DNA of 61,184 nucleotides, the filler included, from Dimargaris cristalligena (taxonomy: Eukaryota): assembly GCA_003614675.1 (NCBI GenBank). It is 4 parts of 4 records of this genome, joined end to end, with 100 filler letters (N's around TTAATTAATTAA, not from the genome) between each part and the next. Parts side by side here need not be neighbours in the genome. Positions count along the whole stretch, not along the records: positions 1 to 15,252 come from ML002902.1; positions 15,353 to 30,569 come from ML002903.1; 2 more parts are not named here. One strand, given 5' to 3'. Numbering within the stretch: the stretch's first letter is position 1; the number at the start of each line of letters is the position of its first letter. Both the position numbers and the translations under genes were made by a program. Positions 11,815-22,289 of this stretch are shown here, one piece after another. The notes beneath the pieces are model-generated. The model did not search any database, had not been told where the DNA came from, and saw nothing but the letters and a program-made list of their open reading frames with translations.

Positions 11815-13179
11815 TCACGAAGGGGATGCTGAGGATCGCGGACTGGCCGTGTCGGGCGACGGGTCTAGCACCAATTTTTCAGCAATCTCCTGGGTGATTT
11901 CCGTTAGCTCTGCATCAAGGACAACATCGGGTTCGGGACAGGGTGATGGGGACGTCCTATTGATAGTGTCCGTATTGGCCTCATCCCGCAACCGCCGGTT
12001 TTCAGACTCGTGCAAATCGACCAGCTCTTCTTTCCACTCTAGTAATTCCGCCAGCCGCAAACATCCATCGTCACAACTGCCTAAATACAGGGCATCCCGG
12101 CGCAGTTTCTGTCGCGTCCCGTCAAAATCGAATCCCCGGTGGGTCACCGCCCGGCCCGGATGGACGCCACACAGTTCCAGATTCACGAGTAGCCGGGGAG
12201 TACGCCGGGGCACCCGGTCGATGAGTGACGCGAAAGGTTCGACTTGTAACGATGTGCCCATGACAATCAACAGGTCACACTGCGGGAAATCTTCCGTCAG
12301 GCGTTCGAAGAAGCAAGAGGGAAGGGCTTCCCCAAAAAACGTAATGTCGGGCTTGACGTAGCGGTCGTCGTTTTCACACGCGATACACAGGGGTAGGGAG
12401 CCGGGCCCACGGATCCGATCCCGGAGCCACGACTGACTATATTCCTGGCGACAAGCCGGGGCGACACAGTGGGCGGTATGGAAAGAGCCATGGGCCTCGA
12501 CCAACAACTCCGGATCAAGCCCCGCTACGCGTTCCAAAGTATCGATATTCTGGGTATAGTGACGCAGAAGCAATCCCTTGGCCGCCAGCAGCCGCACAAA
12601 ATAATGGGACAGCGTTGGTTGAAAATTACCCGGGTACAGTTCCCGGGCCAGGGCGTAAAAGGGATGGGGGTTCTCCCGGAAGTAATCAATATCGAAAATG
12701 GCTTCGGCGTAGGGCAAATCGAACCGCTGGAGGTTATCGTAGAGGCCGGTACCGGGGGTCCGGAAATCAGGGATGCCCGCCGCCGTGGATATCCCGGCCC
12801 CGCTCATGACAATGATACGGCGGGCGCGCCGGGTACGAATTAAATCAGCGATGGCGTCGATGTTGGCGGAGGTGAGCAGGGCCGCTGAGGGAGAAGAGGC
12901 GGAGGGAGGGGCCTGGCGGCGGGGAGATGCCGATGGGGAAGAATGGAGGGCCCCTTTGGGAAGGCCAGGTCTCGTCGGGGATGTCGGCGGGCGGGAATTC
13001 GGCACGTCTAGGGAGAAATCGTCCTCAAATTGGTGATTCAGGTGGTCGACTTCGGGGTTGCTCGGAATGGAGGGGGCATTAGTGGGCAACTTGGGGCTCG
13101 TTTCAGCGGTCTCGGCTGAGTTGCCCGGCCGGGTCGGTGCAGCAGCTGCCGAAGACGAAGACGAAGTTGACTCGGGCAT
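11815..13179 (-). CDS. HST2: NAD-dependent protein deacetylase, sirtuin class I (SIRT2/Hst2-like)
   Basis: GAGISTAAGIPDFR, YTQNIDTLE, catalytic EAHGSF, Zn-binding cysteines (CVAPAC...CIAC), KPDITFFGE, GTSLQVEPFASL. Confidence 0.88.
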   Translation of the reverse strand: MPESTSSSSSAAAAPTRPGNSAETAETSPKLPTNAPSIPSNPEVDHLNHQFEDDFSLDVPNSRPPTSPTRPGLPKGALHSSPSASPRRQAPPSASSPSAALLTSANIDAIADLIRTRRARRIIVMSGAGISTAAGIPDFRTPGTGLYDNLQRFDLPYAEAIFDIDYFRENPHPFYALARELYPGNFQPTLSHYFVRLLAAKGLLLRHYTQNIDTLERVAGLDPELLVEAHGSFHTAHCVAPACRQEYSQSWLRDRIRGPGSLPLCIACENDDRYVKPDITFFGEALPSCFFERLTEDFPQCDLLIVMGTSLQVEPFASLIDRVPRRTPRLLVNLELCGVHPGRAVTHRGFDFDGTRQKLRRDALYLGSCDDGCLRLAELLEWKEELVDLHESENRRLRDEANTDTINRTSPSPCPEPDVVLDAELTEITQEIAEKLVLDPSPDTASPRSSASPS

Positions 13180-13596
13180 TTAAAATAGGAGGACGCTCGG
13201 AAAAAATAAGGAGTAAAATTTGACCAATGTAGCGTAAAGGAACTTGGGTTCGTTGGAAATGCACTGAGCTAGGCTGGGTATGAAATAAGTAGCAATAGGG
13301 TTTATAAAATTCGGGTTAAACAAGCGTGGCCCGATTTTTCAACTGGATAGGTCACCACCCCCGGCCAATAAGGCTAAGCGCGGGGGGAAATGTTGCGTCA
13401 GACTAGATAATAGTATAGATGCATGGGAATATTCTATAGTGGATCCTCCTCCTAACCCTCAAAAACCCAACTCAGCCCAGCTTAAACGGCGGTTTCAGCG
13501 AGTTCCCCCGGTCACTGACTAAGCAGCTCCACAAAGCAGTCTTGCAGAGCAACTCGCTTTCTTACCTTGTATAGTTCCCAGTCCCGAACCCCAACA

Positions 13597-14753
13597 ATGG
13601 CCCAAGTGCTTCGACATTCCCTACTGTTCAATTCAACCTGCCTCCTGAATCGAAAGGTTGTGTCTACTCCCACTTTTCGGTCTTTTCCTCTTAGCTTTTC
13701 GCCCAGGACTCCATTGCCTTCTGCACCACAATCGCTACTTAGACCCGCCACTACTCGTTTCCCCTACTCTACTCAACCCAGCACCATGTTCAAGAACCTT
13801 AAGGGCAAGACTGTGTTTATGTAAGACCGAGCAAGCCCCATTTTAGTAGAATATGTTCTTGACGCCACCTTTTCTAACAGGCAACCTCCCCCCCCCAACC
13901 ATTAGTCCCCACCGTATTCGCTAACTTGTTTGTTGCCATATACCCCCTACCGATTGTTCGTTTAAATGCCTTCTGTGCTACTATCCCGACCCATCACCTT
14001 ATCAGTACCGGTGCTAGCGCGGGTATTGGTGAGGCCTGTGCCCAGGCATTCGCCTCCGCGGGTTGCCATATCATTTTAACCGCCCGCCGTACCAAACGCA
14101 TCGAAGAGCTCAAGGCCGAATTGGACCAGCAGTACCCCGACATCCGCACCCTCGCCGTGACCCTGGATGTGACCTCCAAGGAAGCGGTTGACCAAGTGGT
14201 TACCAATCTCCCCGCCGACTTCCAGTCCGTCGATATCCTCATCAACAACGCCGGCCTAGTGCTCGGCCTAACCCCCCTCGCCGACTATCCCGTCGATCAA
14301 ATCGATACCATGATCAACACCAACGTAAAAGGTCTCATCTACTGCACCCAAGCCTTCATCCCGCGCATGAAACAGGCCCCCCGGGGTGGCCACATTGTGA
14401 ATGTGAGCTCCATTTCGGGCCGCGAAGTGTACCCCAACGGCAGCGTTTATTGTGCCACCAAACACGCCGTTGATGTCATCACCCGGACCCTCCGTTTCGA
14501 ACTGGCCGACTCGCCCATTCGGGTCTCGAGCATTAATCCCGGATTGGTCGAAACGGAATTCTCCAAAGTGCGCTTCGAGGGGGATCAACAACGGGCCGAC
14601 CAGGTCTACGCCGGCATGACCCCTCTGACCGGCAGTGACATCGCTGAACTAGCCGTGTTTATTACGTCCCGACCCGCCCACGTGGAAATTGCCGACACCC
14701 TGATTTTGCCCCATGGCCAGGCCTCCGCCACATTTGTTCATCGCCAGAAATAA
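13597..14753 (+). CDS. Classical short-chain dehydrogenase/reductase (YdfG/YMR226C-like); exons 13597-13820 and 14006-14753; second in-frame ATG at 13786
   Basis: Splicing the GTAAGA...TCAG intron (13821-14005) restores KGKTVFITGASAGIG (TGxxxGxG). Also NNAG, catalytic YCATK (YxxxK) and PGLVETEFS. Confidence 0.9.
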
Positions 14754-15252
14754 CGCCACCTAGGCTCAGGGTATATGTATCTGGTTAGCGAGATAAACCT
14801 GCTTTGATTTTCGAGGCAATATCATTACTACGAAACACCTAGTACAGGGTTTAAATCGATCGCATCATTCATCTAGCCCATCTCCCTTAATTGATACTAA
14901 ATTCGATGCGGAGATTACATGTATATCCTATGGTTCTATTATGGCGTAAACTAATATTAATAAATAGACCTTTTATAAATTTCATACTCTATAACTCATA
15001 TCAATGGTAGCGTTTCCTGGGTCCAAAAAATTGGCAATTTTACTCGTGATCTCATTGAGGGAATTTATAGCATTTTTACCAAGTGTCCAGCGTTGGGGAA
15101 CATTACTATCACCCAGTGGTTAGTCAATAGTGTCAGAAGCGCAGAATTTAAAATTAAAGCTTGCATCCTCATAACTAGTAGTAGTAAAGGCATGAATTGG
15201 GGGGGGGGCAATTTCCACGTGGGCGGGTCGGGACGTAATAAACACGGCTAGT

Positions 15253-15352
15253 NNNNNNNNNNNNNNNNNNNNNNNNNNNNNNNNNNNNNNNNNNNNTTAA
15301 TTAATTAANNNNNNNNNNNNNNNNNNNNNNNNNNNNNNNNNNNNNNNNNNNN
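15253..15352. other. Artificial contig linker (N44-TTAATTAATTAA-N44)
   Basis: Identical 100-nt spacer with stop codons in all six frames, occurring three times. Confidence 0.99.
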
Positions 15353-16619
15353 AGCCGGTCTCGTATTTGCCGCAGCGTTTTAGTCAGTCCCCCACCGGTG
15401 CGGTCCAGTTTGTTAATAAATACCAGTCGGGGCACGCGGTATTTCGATGCCTGTCGCCACACTGTTTCGGTCTGCGCTTGGACCCCCGCCACCCCATCGA
15501 CGATGGTGACCGCACCGTCCAAAACCCGGATGCTGCGTTCGACTTCGAATGTGAAATCAACGTGGCCCGGTGTATCAATCAGGTTGACTTGGTGGTTGCG
15601 CCAGCCGAAAGTGATGGCGGCGGACTGAATAGTAATACCTCGCTCGCGCTCTTGTTGCATATAGTCCATGACGGTGTCGCCATCGTCCACATCTGACATA
15701 TGCCAATAGTTTTCGGTTCATAGGGTCTACAAGCAGTTAAAGTGGGTGTACTTTAACTCCTATTATGTACAGTAGTTATGCTCGACTGATTCATCTGGTT
15801 GACCAAGTATAGGCCAATAAAAGATAGATCGGGTGTATTTTAATGAGAGGCCAAATATGCACGTACCTCCAATACGGCGGGAGAATCCCGAGTAATACAA
15901 CATGCGTTCCGTGGTGGTGGTTTTTCCTACGAGTCAGTCAAAGGGAGCGTTGCATTTTATATACGGATTATAGAATGGACCGGTTAGTATTATAGTAAAA
16001 TTTACATTGTCTGGCCTAAAACCGATTGTGAATTCATGTAAGCTAACTGCCACGACGGCTACTTGGCATGGTCATAGAAAAGAGATACCACACTTACCAG
16101 CATCGATATGGGCAATGATACCAATATTGCGAATGGCTTCAAGTTTGGCCCGAGTTTCGGGGGAAACTGCAACGATATGTAAGTGAGTATATTACAATTA
16201 TAAAAGGGAATGGTGAGGGCGAGCGCCAATTAAGTACGTTACCAATGGTGACGTTTTCGAAATTTCGCTCATGTTGTATCAATTGGACCAGGAATATGCT
16301 TCGGGCCGTCAGCATAGTTGCTAATCAACTCCAGTCTGCTAACCATTACTAATAATAATCAAGAAGTCGAATAGGGTCGGTATATTTCACGTCCTGAACT
16401 CATGCGGGGCCCTTGGTGGAATTCACTGGACTCTGCGTTCTATAGAAAGGCAGCACACCGGGTCGTGGCGGAGAATGTATTGTGCAACATACTCTTTTGC
16501 GATTGGAAGCGTCGGGGTAAATGGGGCTGCGACTGATGTGCGGCGACTAGTGTCCCCATGGGCCAATGGGCGGAGGTGGCTCTAGGGGCGCCCGGTCGAG
16601 TGATCAGTAGGCGTAGCAT
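15353..16619 (-). CDS. MEF2: Mitochondrial elongation factor G2 / ribosome-releasing factor 2, 5' part; exons 16619-16493, 16166-16098, 15926-15867, 15692-<15353
   Basis: Spliced translation gives an Arg-rich presequence ([10 protein letters not shown]...), then [64 protein letters not shown] and NKLD. The first-exon assignment is less certain. Confidence 0.85.
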
Positions 16620-17189
16620 GATTGCCACTTTTTAGAACATGCGGTACAAATGAAGAAATCGACAGGGAAATAATGTGAAAAATGAAGTCGAACGAATGGG
16701 GGGAAACCATTGTTTGTTCGCTTGTCTTATCCCCCAATAGCCTAAATGACTGCCCTCACATGGGGTACCGCAATGGAATCTGACTCTACCCTGTACAAGC
16801 CAAATGAGGTCTCAGAGCCTCCTGGTTCTGCCGCCTGGTCACTAGGTGAAATTAAACCGTTGCCTATACTACCAGTTGGCCTTATATTCGACCCTTTCCA
16901 CCACCTTTTCTACCCTTTCATTATATTATACGATTCAGCCACAAGAAAATAGCATCAACCGATAAAAATACCATAGGAGATTAAAGACATACCCAACACG
17001 AGAAGGGTCCAATTCAACAGTATAACGAAGCTCTCATTTACCTGATAGGGCGATTGTAGATAATTATACACAACTATATTTTATTTAAATCGGGACGGTT
17101 GTGTAGAAACCGTTAAAATTTAAATGTTTATAATGGGTGACCTAATGCATTACACAGAAAAACTACGTATTCGCGTATCTGTCCAAGCC

Positions 17190-20100
17190 TTAGATCTTCA
17201 TTTGCTGAAACGCTATCCAGTCGCAATCTCTAAAAGCCGCTCGAAGTTGGACCAGCTGATCTGGCGGAACTTCTTGTTGGTTCAGAGCACGCCGGAGCAT
17301 AGTTAGCACGGCCCTGTATTTAGTCTGGCGCTTTTGGAACACCCAGAGAAAAGCACGGTAACCCAGCCTGGGATATTTTATCCAAGGATTTACCAGCGGA
17401 TGATGGATGGTAAAGAACAGCAGTAATGAGCCCGTTAGACTTAGCGGATTTTAGGGATTTCTCATTAAAAGGGATTACCTATTTATGTAATGCTAATAGT
17501 TTGGAGGAACCGCTAGAGTTAATTAGACTATACTAACTTACCAAACCATATGGGAGAGTGTGCATAGCTGATGGTCCTGTCCCATCCGCCGGTGGAAATC
17601 GCATATAAATCGAGCGGTTTCGTCCACACAATGCTCCACACAGGTATACACATACCGAGCAGTGGGCGGAACCGGCATGCAGCCCAGCAACACGCATAAA
17701 CGAAGGGCGTTATGTAGGAAATTTTCGACTACATTAGTCAACACTCCAGCGGGTCGTCGGCCCTCCAGGCTAAGGTAGATGGGCACCAATTTCGACAGCA
17801 GCATATGTGCCAGTTTAGAACGGATAAACTGGCCCATGCGCTGGCGGTGAGGGATCATGAGCGTATCACGTAGACAAATGTGTTTATAGCGGCGGTAGTC
17901 GCAGCGTATTTCCAGAGTATTAGTATCGATTAATAGTCCACACCAGGGAAACTGAAGACCGCCAGTGGGGGACTTCCATAGCGTCGTCGTTGATTTCAAG
18001 GCCGGCTCTTCGGCAAGTATGGGAGGCTGCTGCTTCCATATAGACTTCGATGGTGAACCTAGTTTCACAGCAGGAGCGTGGTCCGGATGGATGGTAAAAT
18101 TAGTCAACGTCTTACTGGGGTTAATCCGACAACCCGATTCGGCCAGTCCATGGTGCATGAACTTATAAAAGTCAATGGCTTCGGCCCGGTCGGGGGTTAT
18201 AAATAAGAAATCATCGGCTAGACGTAAGAGTAACGAGTGAGGTCCCCGTCGAGGGGTCAGTAACCGCTTCTCCAAGTCCCCAAGAAATAAATTGCATAGT
18301 AAAGTGGAGAGTAACGAGCCCTGGGGGATACCCTGCGTTTGGTGATAGAGTTCATCGTTAATCTGGACGGTATTGCGTTGCAGGTGGTCTTCAATAAGAC
18401 CAAGAATCTCGTGCCGGGTTGATATCATATGGGATACTTCGTCCACGAATACGGTTCCTGGGCGAATATTGGGAACCTGGGCCCGATCCGCTGCGAATAC
18501 GGGGAACTGAGGGAATTCGTCGAGGGGCAGGCCCTCTCGAAGATGGCGCGTTTTAATTCGCTCACGCCCCTGCGCCATTTTCTTATGTCGGTGGATCAGG
18601 TACTCCTCATGGTGAATGAGCCGGCGCACAATTTTCAATAGCTTGGCCTGGGGGATATGATCATAGGCCCGTTGGATGTCCAGTTTGACCAAATAGAACT
18701 GGGTTACGGGCGGGAGGGGTAAAGATCTAATGCTCCGGCGGTACGCGGATAAACGAGTGTATATATCTTGCAACCCAAATACCGACCCCGCAAATTGGTC
18801 GGGTTGGCGCTGTTTTTCGGCATGCAGTACGGCAAAAGGGTCGCGCAGTTGGTTATTGACACTACGCCCTGGGTGACCACCATCCCAGACGTTAGTCTTA
18901 GATCGGGTTGCGGTATTGGGCACTGGGTCTAGTGCCGATGTAGCGGATGGTGGAGTACACCAAATGGCCGGAGGCCGACTAAGTTGGGAAATGAGTCGCA
19001 AACCGTTGCTTTTAGGCATAAGTCGGACCCGAGAACACGCCAATTTACTTCGAGCCAAGTAAGCCGGTGCTTGATCGGCTGGGATACGTTGGTACATGGT
19101 GTCCACCAGATGAGCGAGCCCCGTGTGGGTGTATTTGGACCAAACGTCGTGACGGTAGTATAATAGCCGTTTCCGAGTTTCAGCGCTATCGGTAACGTAG
19201 AAGAAGCCACGAATCAACGGAATAACTAGCCCTTCAATCAACCACCACATGAAGGACCAGATAAGCTCATCACGGCGGCGTCGGTCGGTGTAGCAGCGGT
19301 GATGCGAAGTTTTTGAAGCCGAAGGCTCCGAGGGGGTCGAATCTAGCCATTGGCAGTCGGCCGTTTTGAAGTGCCGTAGCAGATCAGCGAGGGTGAAGTT
19401 ATCAAAGCGTGGGGCGGAAATAAAACGACGAATAAATTTGAATACGATGGTGCGATTGGCCCTACTGCCCCATAAACTAGGCGGGATGAGACGAATAAGG
19501 ACGGTTTGTACGAAGAAAGTCACTTGGTGGTGACTGCACCCCAAACTAAGGTAGTTGGTATTGGCCGGGGGTTGGGGTGCTTGGATTGGTTCCTGGGTTG
19601 GCGGGGTCGGTGACTCTACAATATCGGTAGCATCCGAATCGTACTCAATAAGGAGGTCGATCAATGAGAAGGTCGAATCTTGACTGTCTGCCTCTGTATA
19701 CGTTGGTTCGGCCGGTTTGGGTTTTAGGCGGGGCTTTAGTTCAGGTGATGATGGACAGCGATCCCGCGGCGGTAACGGGCACCAGCGGGAGAACAATGCC
19801 CGATATGGACATTTTTTGTGATTTTGGAGAACCTTACGCACCCACGGACGGAGAGTACTGAGCCGTTGGGGAGTGGGAGTCTGGTGTTGGTAACGGGGCC
19901 AGTGATCGGCTAGCTTTCGGCGGGCTATTTTGGCCTTTTGGCGTATTTTTCGACGGCGCTGGGCCATACGGGAACCCCGAGTCTCCCGGAGGATTGCGTC
20001 GATACGTGGGTGATGGGTTGGGTCGGTCACCGTTTTTACTTTGGTTAATAGCGCCACCCCGTCCAAGGTTAGCGAGGTAGTACGTCTTATCGGTGCCGGG

Positions 20101-21452
20101 CCGGATTTTTTCGCCGAATCTGCGCCTGCCATACCAGCCGGCACTGACTGAGGGGTGTGGATACCGTTCGAAGTAGCTGGCGGGATATCGGGGTTGGTAA
20201 AGAACCGGGTACCGAAAATAGCGGAGGTGATTTGGTTGACGGCGGGGTGGGCCGGGGTTTTGGTCTGTGTACACCATTGGAAACAGTGGTTGAGAGGCAG
20301 CCCAAGACGGGGTAAACCACTGATCATAGGGGTGGCCTTATTGAACAGTATAGCCGGGCGGTTAAATAGACAGGAGGCCAGGGGGGCTCTTTGGGTTGGA
20401 ATGGGACTAGCCCCAGTGGGAGGGATAGTTTGGATCTTTCGCCGTTTACGGGGGGGCGATGCATCGGTAGTGGGGGTATCCGAATGCGTCGCAGCTGTGC
20501 TAGACGTGAGGGGCTGATCTACCGAGCCCAAAATGGAGAGCGAGTCGGCCGACGATATCCTACTTACTCCGGGTGACGGCGATGCCGTTGAATCGCCTTG
20601 CCTATCCTGGTCCTGAACCCGCTTATCCAATGCAAATCCCGTGATTTGACAGAAGCAATTATTAGGTAGACGTTGGAAGACGCTGGTCTTGGTCAACAAA
20701 TAGACCATGGATGGCTCCCCAATTTCCCCCAGTAATTTTTGCCATGGGCGCGATTTGACGGTATTCACCAACGTATTGGGGAAGCACGATTCGATGGCTG
20801 GTTGGCCCTTTAGGGATGTTTTCGAGCCGACTTGGACTAGCCTGTAGCCGGCCACCAAGACATTCACAGGCGGTGGTCGAGGTCGCCAAGTGGTGGTGGA
20901 GGAACCTTGTGATACATATCGGCCCAGGTTGGGTTCGGAGCCGGTCCGCCGTAGTGGTGGCGGTAGTGGAGATGGAGAAGTACCACTGCTTCCCCCGAGA
21001 CCTAGACCCATCGACCCCGGGCGTGGTCCACCCCGACTATTTCTTACGCGGGAGACTGTCGGGTCAAGAGAAGACCGCGTGCTGCTTGGCTGGTGGAGTA
21101 TAAAGGATATACAGTCAGTCACAATATCACTCTGTGTCCGGGACGTGCCCAGAGTTCCCGGGGACACCCATTGTGGCCTGGGTAGAAGATCGCAAGCAAT
21201 GTAGTGCTTATCCAGGAAGGTGTCGTAATCCCCGGCGTTCAGCGGATCGCCCAAAGGCAACCCAGGTGCATCGGGTGACGGTGTTTGGGATGTACCCACA
21301 ATGGTGGAATAGGAAACCGCCGACTCCGTGGAACTGGGCGATACTTTTAGCCACCGGTCGACAAAGATGCGTAGGGGTAAGACATTGGGGTAGACGGACT
21401 GTAAGAGACGGAGCTCCGAGGAGCAGCGGAGAGATCGTTTCGCTCGGGTCAT
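17190..21452 (-). CDS. TERT: Telomerase reverse transcriptase (~1362 aa); exons 21452-17542 and 17367-17190
   Basis: N-terminal MTRAKRS...LLQSVYPNVLPLRIFV; T motif FFYVTD...LLYYRHDVW; motifs 1/2 RVRLMPKSNGLRLI; A KLDIQRAYDHIPQ; B' GIPQGSLLSTLLC; C LLRLADDFLFIT; E FPWCGLLI. A GTAAGT...CCCAG intron restores the C-terminal WLGYRAFLWVF...KI*. Confidence 0.96.
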
Positions 21453-22246
21453 TATGAAATGCCATGTCAACAATAGGCAAAATAGGGATAAATCTCCGAC
21501 TCGGGCTTGGTATATATTGCGCTTTCATCTGAAAGAGAGCGTTTGATTCGCTTTGCCGGTTCGGAATTTGAAATTTGAGTCGGGAATTCAACTGGACCGC
21601 TAGGAGGCATATCCCTGATCCACAATATGCAGAACTTGTCTCCGGCCCCCTTCTATTATGTCACCCTTGACACAGCTAGCGTGGTCCTTTTGACTGCTAA
21701 AGCTTATCCGTGTAAGCCGTGTCTTCTATCCTCATTATTTCGAATAATTCCGTACCAGAGAGGTTCAACTCAGCTGTATGTAGTTTTAAACATGTAAATG
21801 GATGTCCTTTAAAACGGATAAGGTCCCTCCTACTGGCTAATGTATTTTTCATTGTAAAGCTGGATTGGACCTATCCTATATATCCCCGGGCACTAATCAC
21901 AGCTAGTACCTTATATTACTGAATGTATAATGCAATAAATAGTAACCAAGCTCACTAAATTAAAGGGTCGACTAGTATAGTAATGTAAAATATAAGCGGA
22001 ATCCCATGACAATAACCATCGTGTAACGATGTAGCTCGACTACAATGCTCTAGGCATGAATATATGGACGAGTATAATGAATATAAACACTGGGCACATT
22101 TGTATAGTTTGGGCTTCAGTTCAAAGTATGATGGTAGTAGAGTTGATAATTCGGAGGGGAAGAGGGGGTTTAACCAATAGTACCAGTAGTCCAAGATCTG
22201 AAATCACAAGCACTTGCACTCATTTGGCATACCCTCGCCCCTTCCA

Positions 22247-22269
22247 GATATATATATATATATATATAT
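22247..22269. repeat. (AT)n microsatellite, about 11 units
   Basis: Directly visible, just downstream of the kinase stop codon. Confidence 0.9.
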
Positions 22270-22289
22270 GATACCCCGGGTTAGGCTGG

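Noticed and set aside
13451..13459. CCTAACCCT telomere-template-like 9-mer
   Set aside because: It lies in the short sirtuin/SDR divergent promoter with no enclosing stems seen; such 9-mers are expected by chance in 61 kb.
17190..21452. Reverse transcriptase as a retroelement or novel RT system
   Set aside because: The T motif, TERT-like N- and C-termini, a spliceosomal intron and housekeeping neighbours identify it as cellular TERT.
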